Below, piece by piece: positions 17,639 to 26,550 of a stretch of 64,000 bases of DNA. The first letter of the stretch is position 1. Every line of letters begins with the position of its first letter. The notes under the pieces are model-generated. The model ran no database searches, had not been told where the DNA came from, and saw nothing but the letters and a program-made list of their open reading frames with translations. The DNA is from Candidatus Fermentibacteraceae bacterium (GTDB lineage: Bacteria > Fermentibacterota > Fermentibacteria > Fermentibacterales > JCC-6), in contig JAFGPK010000042.1 of the NCBI GenBank assembly GCA_016936235.1, positions 32-64,031 of the forward strand, given 5' to 3'. A program made the position numbers and the translations under genes.

Positions 17639-17644
17639 GTCCAA
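17616..17644 (-). promoter_or_regulatory. Sigma-70-type promoter for the abrB-like/tauE-like operon
   Basis: Read on the minus strand: TTGGAC (complement of 17639-17644), a 17-nt spacer, then TATAAT (complement of 17616-17621). It lies 43 nt upstream of the ATG at 17572. Confidence 0.55.
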
Positions 17645-17751
17645 TTCAGACATCCTCCTTCTGCGCATTACCTTTGCCGCCTTCCCGGCGTATATTTCAC
17701 AATCGTTGGCGCATATAACCTGAAAGGCCATGCAACTCGGGCGGTATTTCG

Positions 17752-20751
17752 GTGAAGGACAGAAAACTCGACGAGATAGTGGGAAGAAGGGGAGAGGACA
17801 CCGTACCCTTCTATTCACTGATGTCCAGAAGGATCAGGAACGTACTGCTGGTCTCCAGCCTCTACGATTCCTATACCCTGGAGGAGGACGGCAAGTTCAC
17901 CGAGGTCCTCTTTTCTGAATATCTCAGCCTGAACCTCCGGTACGCTCCCCGGATCGTACGTGTATCCACGGGGGAGGAGGCTCTGCAGAGGCTTGGAAGC
18001 GAGGATTTCGACCTTGTCATATCCATGCTGAACATAGGTCACATGCATTTCGACGAACTGGGCAGGGCCATCAAGGAGAGTGTTCCTGGACTTCCCTTCG
18101 TCGTTCTTGCCTATACAGGCAGGGACCTCAAGATCTTCGAGGAGGAGGGGAAACTCGCCCACGTGGACCGGGCCTTCGTATGGCAGGGGGACGTGAGGCT
18201 CTTTCTGGCCATCATCAAGTCCATCGAGGACCGCCTGAATGCCGAGCATGATTCCAGAGCCGCAGGGGTCAAGTGCATCATACTTGTGGAGGATTCAATA
18301 AGGTTCTGCTCGTCATACCTTCCCATGCTCTACACCGAGCTCATGCAGCAGACCCAGATGCTGATGACCGAAGGTGTCAACCAGATGCAGAAGCTCATGC
18401 GCATGAGGGCCCGGCCGAAGATCCTCCACGCAGGGAACTATGAAGATGCCCTGGAACTGTACAGGTCATTCCGGGACAGCATACTCGGCATGATACTGGA
18501 TGTCAGGTTCAAGAAGAACGGAATCGAGTATCCCAGGGCCGGTTTCCAGCTGGCGGAAGAGATACTGGCAGGGAGTCCCGAGTGCCCCATCCTGTTCCAG
18601 TCGTCGGAGGAGATAAACAGGAAACTGGCAAACAGGATGGGAGCGGCATTCATAAACAAGAACTCCCCCACGCTGCTTGCCGACCTCAGGCAGTTCATGA
18701 GGGATTACCTGGGATTCGGTGACTTCGTGTTCCGTAATCCCGAGGGTGACGAGGAGGCCAGAGCCGAGGACCTTAGAGAGATGAGGCGGGCTCTCAGGAC
18801 CGTATCGGACAGGAGCCTCTTCTACCATGCGGAGAGGAACGATTTCTCCACCTGGCTAATGGCTCGGACGGAGTTCGACCTGGCCAAAGCCCTGAGGCCT
18901 CAGAAAGTGGAGGATTTCGATTCGGCTGAGGAACTCAGGACCTATCTCATATCCTCGCTCACGATCTGGATGGAGAGGTCCAGAGCCGGACAGGTGGAGG
19001 ATTTCACAAGAGAGACTTTCGATTATTTCACAGAGTTCTCGAAGATCGGATCAGGCTCGCTGGGTGGGAAGGGAAGAGGCCTGGCCTTCATAAACGCCCT
19101 TCTGAACATGTACAGGATAGACGAAGGGTTTCCCGGTATCGATGTGCATGTCCCTCCAACAGCCGTGATAGCCACCGGCGTGTTCGACAGCTTCATGGAG
19201 GGGCCGGGACTGAAGGAGTTCGTGTTCCGGCCGGACAGGATGGAAGAGGGAATATCCCCACGCGACTGGGACCGCCAGGTGGCCGAAGCATTCCTCAAGG
19301 CCCCCATGCCTGAGGAAGTGGTGGAGATGCTCACCATCTTCCTCAAGCAGGTTGACTACCCACTTGCCGTCAGGTCCTCGAGCCTTCTGGAGGACAGCCC
19401 CGCGCATCCATTCGCAGGCATATACAGCACCTACATGATACCCAACAACGGCCCCGATCTCCAGACCCGCCTGACCCAGCTCCTGAACGCCATCAGGCTG
19501 GTCTACGCCTCCACTTTCTACAGCGAGTCCATCGCTTACATAGAAAGCACGCCCAACAGACTCGAGGAGGAGAAGATGGCCGTGGTCATCCAGCAGGTGG
19601 TGGCCCGGAACCACGGCAACTCCTTCTACCCGAACATTGCGGGAGTGGCCAAGTCATACAACTACTACCCGCTGGAGGGAATGCACGAGGAGAGCGGAGT
19701 CGTCTCGGTGGCACTTGGTCTGGGCGGTACGGTTGTTGATGGAGAAAAATGCGTAAGATTCTCCCCTGACTCTCCGGGCAGGCTATACCAGTTCTCCTCC
19801 ACCGAGGAGTTCCTCAGGAATTCCCAGCGTGAGTTCCTTGCCCTGAACCTCGACAGGTCACCGGGAGTGGACCCGGACGACCCTGGCAGGGATGTCCACC
19901 TTGTCAGGCTGGACCTTGAAAGGGCGCAGGAAGATGGTACTCTGGCGCCGGTGGGCTCGGTCTACTCCGCCGAGAACGACATGATAGTCGACGGCACCTT
20001 CAGACCGGGAGCCAAGCTGGTCACCATGGCCGGAGTGCTGAAAGGGGACTACTTCCCCCTGGCCTCCCTGATCAGGCGGCTTCTGAAGGTTGGTAAACTG
20101 GCGTTCTCCAGCGATATAGAGCTGGAGTTCGCCGTCAACCTGGGTGACGGTAACAAGCAGGAGCCCCACGAGTTCGGTTTCCTCCAGATCAGGCCCATGG
20201 GACAGACCATGGGCGCAATGCCGGACATAGAGGGCGTAGGCAGGGAGAACGCCATTTGCATCTCCCACCGGGTTCTCGGTTTCGGCGTGATGGATGACAT
20301 ACAGGACATAATCTACGTATCCCCGCGCACCTTCGAGAGATCCACGAGTATCGCGATTGCCGGAGAGATAGAACAGCTGAACCGGAAGCTGAGAAAACTG
20401 CAGCGTCATTCACTCCTTATCGGACCCGGCAGATGGGGCAGCGCCGACAGCTGGCTCGGGATCCCGGTGAAATGGAACCAGATATCCTCCGTAAGGTGCA
20501 TAGTGGAGACACCCCTGGAGGATATGGAGGTCAGCCCCTCGCAGGGAACGCATTTCTTCCAGAACATAACGTCCCTCGGGATAGGCTACCTGACCATAGC
20601 CAGGGGAGGTGAGGACTTCCTGGACCTGGATTTTCTCGAGGAGCACAGCGCCCTGACGGAGACCGATCATATCAGGCACATCCATCTCTACAAGCCGCTG
20701 CGGATACTTATCAATTCGAGGGTCAGGAAGGGCGTGATCCAGCTCATGTGA
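17752..20751 (+). CDS. Signalling protein with two receiver-like domains and a PEP/pyruvate-binding (PPDK_N ATP-grasp) domain
   Basis: 999 aa. REC-like domain 1 is NVLLVSSLYDSYTLEED...FDLVISMLNIGHM, where the expected phospho-acceptor Asp appears replaced by Ser. REC-like domain 2 is KCIILVEDSIRFC...ILGMILDVRF...PILFQSS. The ATP-grasp nucleotide loop is GSGSLGGKGRGLAFIN, followed by LAVRSSSLLEDS. The C-terminus carries LLIGPGRWGS. No TSHAA phospho-His swivel motif was seen. The start is uncertain (GTG 17752 or ATG 17821). Confidence 0.75.
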   Translation: MKDRKLDEIVGRRGEDTVPFYSLMSRRIRNVLLVSSLYDSYTLEEDGKFTEVLFSEYLSLNLRYAPRIVRVSTGEEALQRLGSEDFDLVISMLNIGHMHFDELGRAIKESVPGLPFVVLAYTGRDLKIFEEEGKLAHVDRAFVWQGDVRLFLAIIKSIEDRLNAEHDSRAAGVKCIILVEDSIRFCSSYLPMLYTELMQQTQMLMTEGVNQMQKLMRMRARPKILHAGNYEDALELYRSFRDSILGMILDVRFKKNGIEYPRAGFQLAEEILAGSPECPILFQSSEEINRKLANRMGAAFINKNSPTLLADLRQFMRDYLGFGDFVFRNPEGDEEARAEDLREMRRALRTVSDRSLFYHAERNDFSTWLMARTEFDLAKALRPQKVEDFDSAEELRTYLISSLTIWMERSRAGQVEDFTRETFDYFTEFSKIGSGSLGGKGRGLAFINALLNMYRIDEGFPGIDVHVPPTAVIATGVFDSFMEGPGLKEFVFRPDRMEEGISPRDWDRQVAEAFLKAPMPEEVVEMLTIFLKQVDYPLAVRSSSLLEDSPAHPFAGIYSTYMIPNNGPDLQTRLTQLLNAIRLVYASTFYSESIAYIESTPNRLEEEKMAVVIQQVVARNHGNSFYPNIAGVAKSYNYYPLEGMHEESGVVSVALGLGGTVVDGEKCVRFSPDSPGRLYQFSSTEEFLRNSQREFLALNLDRSPGVDPDDPGRDVHLVRLDLERAQEDGTLAPVGSVYSAENDMIVDGTFRPGAKLVTMAGVLKGDYFPLASLIRRLLKVGKLAFSSDIELEFAVNLGDGNKQEPHEFGFLQIRPMGQTMGAMPDIEGVGRENAICISHRVLGFGVMDDIQDIIYVSPRTFERSTSIAIAGEIEQLNRKLRKLQRHSLLIGPGRWGSADSWLGIPVKWNQISSVRCIVETPLEDMEVSPSQGTHFFQNITSLGIGYLTIARGGEDFLDLDFLEEHSALTETDHIRHIHLYKPLRILINSRVRKGVIQLM

Positions 20752-20755
20752 AGAA

Positions 20756-20791
20756 CCCCCGGTGCCTGTCGTGCACCGGGGGTAATTCATT
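20756..20791. terminator. Bidirectional intrinsic terminator between convergent genes
   Basis: CCCCCGGTGC (20756-20765), a 7-nt loop, then GCACCGGGGG (20773-20782) form a perfect 10-bp GC-rich stem. It is followed by TAATTCATTC on the + strand and TTCTTCAC on the minus strand. It sits between the stop at 20751 and the gdhA stop at 20810. Confidence 0.6.
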
Positions 20792-20809
20792 CACAGTCTC
20801 AGGATGATG

Positions 20810-22162
20810 CTATACTACACCCTGGGCCATCATGGCATCCGCCACCTTGCAGAACCCGGCAGCGTTCGCGCCGAGCACGTAGTTGGTGGGGTCGCCGTAC
20901 ATCTCCGCCGCGGCCTTGGCCTGGGCGTGAATGCTGATCATGATGTTGTGGAGCTTCTGGTCCACTTCCTGACGGGTCCAGCTGGAGAAAGTGGCGTTCT
21001 GGGCCATCTCCAGACCCGAGGTGGCGACTCCGCCCGCGTTGGCGGCCTTGCCGGGACCGTAGAGGATCTTGTGCTGAAGGAAGATGTCAACGCCTCCGGG
21101 AACCGTGGGCATGTTGGCGCCCTCGGAAACCAGGAAGACACCGTTGTTTATCAGGTTCTGGGCGTCCTTTGCGCTGATCTCGTTCTGGGTCGCGCTGGGG
21201 AATGCGCAGTCGGCGGGGTAGGCCCACAGAGGGTTGTGGTCCATCTCTGGATCCACGGGCTTGTACTCGACGTTCTTGTACTTCTCCGCGTATTCCTTGA
21301 TCCTGCCGCGCCTGTTGTTCTTGAGGTCCATTATGAAAGCCAGCTTCTCGGCGTTAATGCCCTCTTCGTCGTAGATGCAGCCGCTGGAGTCGGAGAGTGT
21401 GACCACCTTGGCCCCCAGCTGATTCAGCTTCTCCGTGGCGTACTGGGCCACGTTGCCCGAACCGGAAACCAGGCATGTGAGACCGTTGTAGCTCTTGCCG
21501 CGCGTCTTCAGCATCTCCTCGCCGAAGTAGACGGCGCCGTAACCCGTGGCCTCGGGCCTTATAAGGCTTCCGCCGTACTGGAGTCCCTTGCCGGTGAGCA
21601 CGCCGCTCCACTCGTTGCGGAGCTTCTTGTACTGCCCGAAGAGGAATCCGATCTCGCGGCCGCCGACGCCTATGTCGCCCGCGGGGACGTCGGTGCTCGG
21701 GCCGATGTGACGGAAGAGCTCCGACATGAAGCTCTGACAGAACTTCATCACTTCATTGTCGGACTTGCCCTTGGGATCGAAGTCTGATCCGCCCTTGCCG
21801 CCGCCCATCGGGATGGTGGTGAGGGCGTTCTTGAACACCTGCTCGAAAGCCAGGAACTTGAGTATGCCCAGGTTGACGGAAGGATGGAAGCGGAGGCCGC
21901 CCTTGTAGGGCCCGATGGCACTGTTCATCTCGATCCTGAAACCGCGGTTCACCTGAACATTGCCGTCATCGTCAAGCCAGGGTACCCTGAACAGTATTAC
22001 GCGCTCAGGTTCGACTATCCTCTCGGGGATCTTGACCTTGCGGTATTCCGGGTGTTTCTCGAGGACCGACTCCAGCGAATCGAGGACCTCCTTCACAGCC
22101 TGATGGAACTCGGGCTGCGCGGGATCCTTCTCCACGACCTTCTGGTAAAGTTCTTCGAGCAT
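20810..22162 (-). CDS. gdhA: NADP-specific glutamate dehydrogenase
   Basis: 450 aa. FRVPWLDDDGNVQVNRGFRIEMNSAIGPYKGGLRFHPSVNLGILKFLAFEQVFKNALTTIPMGGGKGGSDFDPKGKSDNEVMKFCQSFM is a near-textbook hexameric GdhA sequence, including the catalytic Lys box GGGKGG. Confidence 0.95.
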   Translation of the reverse strand: MLEELYQKVVEKDPAQPEFHQAVKEVLDSLESVLEKHPEYRKVKIPERIVEPERVILFRVPWLDDDGNVQVNRGFRIEMNSAIGPYKGGLRFHPSVNLGILKFLAFEQVFKNALTTIPMGGGKGGSDFDPKGKSDNEVMKFCQSFMSELFRHIGPSTDVPAGDIGVGGREIGFLFGQYKKLRNEWSGVLTGKGLQYGGSLIRPEATGYGAVYFGEEMLKTRGKSYNGLTCLVSGSGNVAQYATEKLNQLGAKVVTLSDSSGCIYDEEGINAEKLAFIMDLKNNRRGRIKEYAEKYKNVEYKPVDPEMDHNPLWAYPADCAFPSATQNEISAKDAQNLINNGVFLVSEGANMPTVPGGVDIFLQHKILYGPGKAANAGGVATSGLEMAQNATFSSWTRQEVDQKLHNIMISIHAQAKAAAEMYGDPTNYVLGANAAGFCKVADAMMAQGVV

Positions 22163-22311
22163 CTGCCCGTCCCTCCTTTCGGGGGTAAAGAGTTAAGAAC
22201 AAAGGTTTTCTGGGTCTGTTAATTTCCTATTCATGTGCCAAAGATAACAAGCCTAGTGATTGACAGACCCTTTCGTCAAGTACTGGATAAGAAGTGAGAT
22301 TTCCATACTAC

Positions 22312-22340
22312 TTGACCAAGATATTCACGGGGCATATTGT
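22312..22340 (+). promoter_or_regulatory. Possible sigma-70-type promoter upstream of the nfnA-like gene
   Basis: TTGACC (22312-22317), a 17-nt spacer, then TATTGT (22335-22340), about 96 nt upstream of ATG 22437. It lies in an AT-rich divergent intergenic region shared with gdhA. The -10 element is weak. Confidence 0.3.
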
Positions 22341-22436
22341 GACACGTCCATATTGGATTTTCCATTCAGCTGATGCGCGATTGCATGAAAGCACAGGACG
22401 GCGTCGGCAGAACGCCGGTGAGTATGGAGGACAGAC

Positions 22437-23303
22437 ATGTACCAGATCCTGCACAAGGAAAAACTGGGGCCTGACATCTGGCTCTACAGGATCAAGGCGC
22501 CTGATGTGGCCAGATACAGGAAACCGGGTCAGTTCGTTATTGTGAGGATCTCGGAGAACGGGGAGAGGATACCGATAACAATCGCCGATGTAGACAATGA
22601 GGAGGGTAGCGTGACCCTCATCGTCCAGGCGGTGGGGAAGACCACCCTGGAGATGACGGGGCTTAATCCGGGGGATGCGGTTCCCACGGTGACGGGTCCC
22701 CTTGGCAAACCGACGCATATCGAGAACGTTGGCAGGGTCCTCTGCGTTGGCGGCGGGATCGGCATCGCTCCCCTCTACCCTGTGGCAAGGGGTATGAGGG
22801 AGGCGGGTAATCACGTGACCAGCATAATCGGGGCCAGGTCAGCCGACCTGCTCATTCTGGAAGACAGGATGAGGGATGCCAGCCACGAAATGATAATCAC
22901 CACCGACGACGGCACGAAGGGATGCAGAGGCTTCGTCACCGACTCCATCAGGAATCTGATAGACATCGGAGACAGTTTTGACCTGTGCGTGGCAATGGGT
23001 CCTCCGATCATGATGAAATGCGTCTGTGACATGACAAGGGAGTACGGCATCCCCACTATTGTCAGCCTCAACCCGATAATGGTCGACGGAACCGGGATGT
23101 GCGGCTGCTGCAGGGTGACAGTCGGAAGTGCGGTGAAATTCGCCTGCGTGGACGGCCCGGAGTTCGACGGCCACCAGGTGGATTTCGACGAACTGATAAC
23201 CCGCCTTTCCACCTACAGGAACCAGGAGAGGGAGTCACTCGAACGCTTCGGTTCGGAGTCCGGCTGCAGGCTTGATGCTGTGCTGGAAGGGGGTCGGGCG
23301 TGA
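22437..23303 (+). CDS. nfnA: Ferredoxin-NADP+ reductase-like FAD/NAD(P) plus [2Fe-2S] subunit (NfnA/SudB/GltD-partner type)
   Basis: 288 aa. MYQILHKEKLGPDIWLYRIKAPDVARYRKPGQFVIVRI...ERIPITIADVD matches the PyrK-like flavoprotein fold. GGGIGIAPLYP is the NAD(P)-binding loop. The C-terminal MVDGTGMCGCCRV is the [2Fe-2S] motif. Its stop overlaps the next gene start at 23300-23303. Confidence 0.8.
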   Translation: MYQILHKEKLGPDIWLYRIKAPDVARYRKPGQFVIVRISENGERIPITIADVDNEEGSVTLIVQAVGKTTLEMTGLNPGDAVPTVTGPLGKPTHIENVGRVLCVGGGIGIAPLYPVARGMREAGNHVTSIIGARSADLLILEDRMRDASHEMIITTDDGTKGCRGFVTDSIRNLIDIGDSFDLCVAMGPPIMMKCVCDMTREYGIPTIVSLNPIMVDGTGMCGCCRVTVGSAVKFACVDGPEFDGHQVDFDELITRLSTYRNQERESLERFGSESGCRLDAVLEGGRA

Positions 23304-24763
23304 ACGTCAAGGACAGGCTTAAGCTGCCGCCGGTGGCCATGCCGGAGCAGGATCCGAAAGCAAGGATCCGCAACCTGGACGAGGTTCCCCTGGGCTATAC
23401 ACCCGAGATGGCCATGGAGGAGGCGAAAAGGTGCCTTCAGTGCCGGACTCCATTCTGCGTTGAGGGCTGTCCTGTGGGAATAGACATTCCAGGGTTCATC
23501 AAGTTCATAGAGGACGGCGATTTCAAGGGCGCCATAAGGAAGATGAAGGAGAGGAACCTCCTTCCTGCGGTGTGCGGCAGGGTGTGTCCGCAGGAGGAGC
23601 AGTGTCAGCTGTTCTGCACGGTGGGCAAGGCGAAGAAGGATCCATGCAAGTCGGTGATGATAGGCAAGCTTGAGAGATTCATAGCGGACTGGGAGCGGAC
23701 AAGCGGTGAACAGGAGAAACCTGCGCCGGTGAAGCCGTCCGGGAAGAAAGTGGCCGTCATCGGAGGGGGTCCGGCGGGTCTCACTGTTGCGGGGGATCTT
23801 GTGAAGTACGGCCATGATGTCACGGTATTCGAAGCTCTTCACAAGGCTGGAGGAGTTCTGGTGTACGGTATTCCGGAGTTCCGACTGCCCAAGGAGATAG
23901 TACAGAGCGAAGTGGACTACCTTGAGAGTCTGGGAGTGAAGTTCAGGTACAATTACGTAATCGGCAAGACACTTCCGATCGCGCACATACTTGAGAATTA
24001 CGATGCTGCCTTTATAGGGACAGGAGCCGGTCTTCCCAGGTTCATGCGCGTGGACGGCGAGAACCTCCTCGGAGTGCTGTCCGCCAACGAATACCTTACC
24101 AGGGCCAACCTCATGAAGGCTTACGACTTCCCGCGAACGGACACGCCTATCGTCAAGGGGAAGAAAGTGATAACCGTCGGCGGCGGTAACGTCGCCATGG
24201 ACTGCGCGAGGACCGCCCTCAGGATGGGGGCCGAGAGATCTCTCATCGTCTACCGCAGAGCCGAGGAGCAGATGCCGGCAAGGCTGGAGGAGATCCATCA
24301 TGCGAGGGAAGAGGGGGTGGAGTTCCACCTCCTACAGAATCCTGTGAGACTGGTGGGGGATGATAAGGGCTGGATATGCGGCGCCGAGGTGATAAAAATG
24401 GAACTCGGGGAGCCGGATTCATCAGGCAGGCGAAGACCCGTCCCCGTTGAGGGAAGCGAGTTCATCGAAGAGACCGATACTCTGATAGTAGCCATCGGCA
24501 ACAGCCCGAACCCCCTGGTTCCCGAGTGTTTCCCCGAGCTGGAAGTCACAAGGTGGGGAGGCATTGTGGTCAACGAGATCACCGGACAGACCTCGGTGCC
24601 CGGCGTATTCGCGGGAGGGGACATTGTCCTGGGCGCGGCCACAGTTATTCTGGCCATGGGGCACGGCCGAAGGGCGGCGCGGGCCATGAACCTGTATCTC
24701 AGCTCCGGCCGATGGGTGGACCTCGACAAGGCTATGGACCTCTGCAGGGCAGAAGTGCACTGA
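23300..24763 (+). CDS. nfnB: GltD-family NADPH-dependent FAD/[4Fe-4S] oxidoreductase (NfnB/SudA, 'glutamate synthase small chain'-like)
   Basis: 487 aa. CLQCRTPFCVEGCPVGIDIPGFI and LPAVCGRVCPQEEQCQ are the two cluster motifs. KKVAVIGGGPAGLTVAGDL and VITVGGGNVAMDCART are the two Rossmann loops. It ends with PGVFAGGDIV. The NfnAB versus SudAB versus GltD naming cannot be resolved by eye. Confidence 0.8.
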   Translation: MNVKDRLKLPPVAMPEQDPKARIRNLDEVPLGYTPEMAMEEAKRCLQCRTPFCVEGCPVGIDIPGFIKFIEDGDFKGAIRKMKERNLLPAVCGRVCPQEEQCQLFCTVGKAKKDPCKSVMIGKLERFIADWERTSGEQEKPAPVKPSGKKVAVIGGGPAGLTVAGDLVKYGHDVTVFEALHKAGGVLVYGIPEFRLPKEIVQSEVDYLESLGVKFRYNYVIGKTLPIAHILENYDAAFIGTGAGLPRFMRVDGENLLGVLSANEYLTRANLMKAYDFPRTDTPIVKGKKVITVGGGNVAMDCARTALRMGAERSLIVYRRAEEQMPARLEEIHHAREEGVEFHLLQNPVRLVGDDKGWICGAEVIKMELGEPDSSGRRRPVPVEGSEFIEETDTLIVAIGNSPNPLVPECFPELEVTRWGGIVVNEITGQTSVPGVFAGGDIVLGAATVILAMGHGRRAARAMNLYLSSGRWVDLDKAMDLCRAEVH

Positions 24764-24818
24764 TGTCCTCTTTCGATGACGTCAGTGCCAGACTGAATGC
24801 TCTGCATTCCGCCGCCGA

Positions 24819-24841
24819 GCTGAATCGCTCCGCGATTCAGC
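24819..24841 (+). promoter_or_regulatory. Perfect 10-bp hairpin between the nfnB-like gene and the REC gene
   Basis: GCTGAATCGC (24819-24828), TCC loop, GCGATTCAGC (24832-24841). A smaller GAATGC/GCATTC hairpin (about 24794-24808) precedes it. The hairpin is followed by CGTTGACTTTG with no clear U-tract, so it may be an attenuator, an RNA processing site or a weak terminator. Confidence 0.3.
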
Positions 24842-24917
24842 CGTTGACTTTGAACCCCCCGGAACTTAGCGTTCCACCATTCTCGGGACAGATCAAGCTG
24901 AATAGAGGAGGCATCAA

Positions 24918-25904
24918 TTGAAAGGCCGCGTACTGATCATCGATGACGAGGCGGAGATCCGCCGCAATCTTACAGTTGGGCTTACGCAGGAAGGCTATTC
25001 CGTCGTAGCATGTCCAGACGGCATTTCCGCCATACACGAGCTGAACCAGGCCAGGGAGAAGGGAACAGCCTACGATTACCTGGTAACCGACATTTTCATG
25101 CCCGACATAGATGGCTTGAAGATACTCAAGGTCATCAAGAACCAGTACGCAGACCTTCCTGTTCTGGTCATCACCGGTTTTGGTGACGAGCGATTGATGC
25201 TAACGGCACTTTCCGAGCACAATACCGGTTACCTCGACAAACCTTTCGAAATATCCGACCTGGTGGAGGCCCTCGAGGAGCTGTCCCCGGGGAAGACGGA
25301 TACAGAGGTTCCCGATGCAGCCTTCGATGAGGAGATGAGGGAATCGGTCAGCGCCTACCTTACTGTGAAGATAATTGACACCGACAGGAGCATGGAGATA
25401 TACGACACCCTCTACGGCATGAAGGGGATAGCCTCCTGCGACGCCGTGAGAGGAGACTTCGATATAATCCTCCTTGCCCAGGCCTCATCGAACAGTGAGA
25501 TCGCGGAAGTATTCAGCAGGGTCAGAGCCATGGAGGGTATCGAGGTGGTATCCATGTCCGAGGTGGAACGGCCCAAACTGGACAGGGATGTGGACCAGTT
25601 CATCGAGACCTACCAGGAAGCGGTCAAGAGAGAAGCGCAGGCGGAAGCCCGCCGGCAGCCCGGCACCATGAGTTATATTATCGTCGACATAGATCCGGAG
25701 TCGATCCAGCAGATATTCACCACGGTGTTCTTCATCGACGAGGTCGTCTTCTGTGACGTGATAGAGGAGGGCACCAAGCTCGTGGGTATGATCACGGGCC
25801 ATGGCGCCATGGGCAAGACGCCCCGGATCATCCAGAAGCTCAATCAGATCGACGGTGTCCTCAGGGTTCGAGAAGCCAAGGTGATCAAGCTCATCGAGGA
25901 CTGA
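24918..25904 (+). CDS. Response-regulator receiver protein with two C-terminal AsnC/Lrp-ligand-binding-like (RAM/ACT-like) modules and no DNA-binding domain
   Basis: TTG start 7 nt after an AGAGGAGG box. The REC motifs are VLIIDDE, YLVTDIFMPDIDG, VLVITGF and YLDKPF. The C-terminus has two ~75-aa modules (AYLTVKIIDTDRSMEIYDTLYGMKGIASCDAVRGDFDIILLAQA...AMEGI and SYIIVDIDPESIQQIFTTVFFIDEVVFCDVIEEGTKLVGMITG...QIDGVLRV) that resemble Lrp/AsnC effector domains by eye. Confidence 0.7.
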   Translation: MKGRVLIIDDEAEIRRNLTVGLTQEGYSVVACPDGISAIHELNQAREKGTAYDYLVTDIFMPDIDGLKILKVIKNQYADLPVLVITGFGDERLMLTALSEHNTGYLDKPFEISDLVEALEELSPGKTDTEVPDAAFDEEMRESVSAYLTVKIIDTDRSMEIYDTLYGMKGIASCDAVRGDFDIILLAQASSNSEIAEVFSRVRAMEGIEVVSMSEVERPKLDRDVDQFIETYQEAVKREAQAEARRQPGTMSYIIVDIDPESIQQIFTTVFFIDEVVFCDVIEEGTKLVGMITGHGAMGKTPRIIQKLNQIDGVLRVREAKVIKLIED

Positions 25905-25986
25905 CGGGCAACTGTCTTCTGCAATACTGACATCATCCATCGTATCTCCTGATTCCCGCCGAACAGGGGAGGAGACCCGGAAGGGA

Positions 25987-26496
25987 GTGATGAAAACGGC
26001 TGCCAAGAACGAGGAATTCAGCTACAGACTGTGGAGGTACGAGGGACAGCCGGGAGAGCTGATACCTCTGCTCCAGTCTGCCCAGGAGCACTTCGGTTAC
26101 ATTCCAAGACGGGCCATCAGCTATATAGCCGGTGTCACCGGAATACCGGAATCCGACATCTACGGAGTCATAACCTTTTACAGCCAGTTCAGGCTCAAGC
26201 CCATGGGCAAGTATGTAATCAGGGTATGCGCAGGGACCGCGTGTCATGTATCCGGGGCGAAACTGATCAGGGAGACCATCGAGGATGAACTCGGTGTAGA
26301 AGTAGGTGACACCACCGATGACGGCCTTTTCACACTGAACACGGTGGCCTGCATCGGGTGCTGCTCCCTTGCACCGGTGATGATGGTGAACGACGACACC
26401 CATGGCAGACTTACACCCGCTTCGGTCCGCAAGATCCTTCGCAATTACAGGAAGAAGGCGGCCGAGACCTCTGACACGGCGGCAGGGGCTTCCTGA
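25987..26496 (+). CDS. NuoE/HydC-like thioredoxin-fold [2Fe-2S] subunit
   Basis: 169 aa. LLQSAQEHFGYIP, VIRVCAGTACHVSG and ACIGCCSLAPVMMVND are the 24-kDa-subunit cluster motifs. The start is GTG or ATG at 25987/25990 after a GGAAGGGA box. Confidence 0.85.
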   Translation: MMKTAAKNEEFSYRLWRYEGQPGELIPLLQSAQEHFGYIPRRAISYIAGVTGIPESDIYGVITFYSQFRLKPMGKYVIRVCAGTACHVSGAKLIRETIEDELGVEVGDTTDDGLFTLNTVACIGCCSLAPVMMVNDDTHGRLTPASVRKILRNYRKKAAETSDTAAGAS

Positions 26497-26550
26497 GCCA
26501 TTCCGATGGTTTGAAAGCGGTTCTACATTGAAGAACGTCTGGAGCAACAT

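Noticed and set aside
20804-21787. 327-aa + strand ORF antisense to gdhA
   Set aside because: gdhA on the minus strand is unambiguous. The antisense product is Gly/Val/Leu/Ala-rich low-complexity sequence.
23213-24328. 371-aa minus-strand ORF antisense to the nfnB-like gene
   Set aside because: It is a shadow of a well-supported GltD-family gene and its translation has no motifs.
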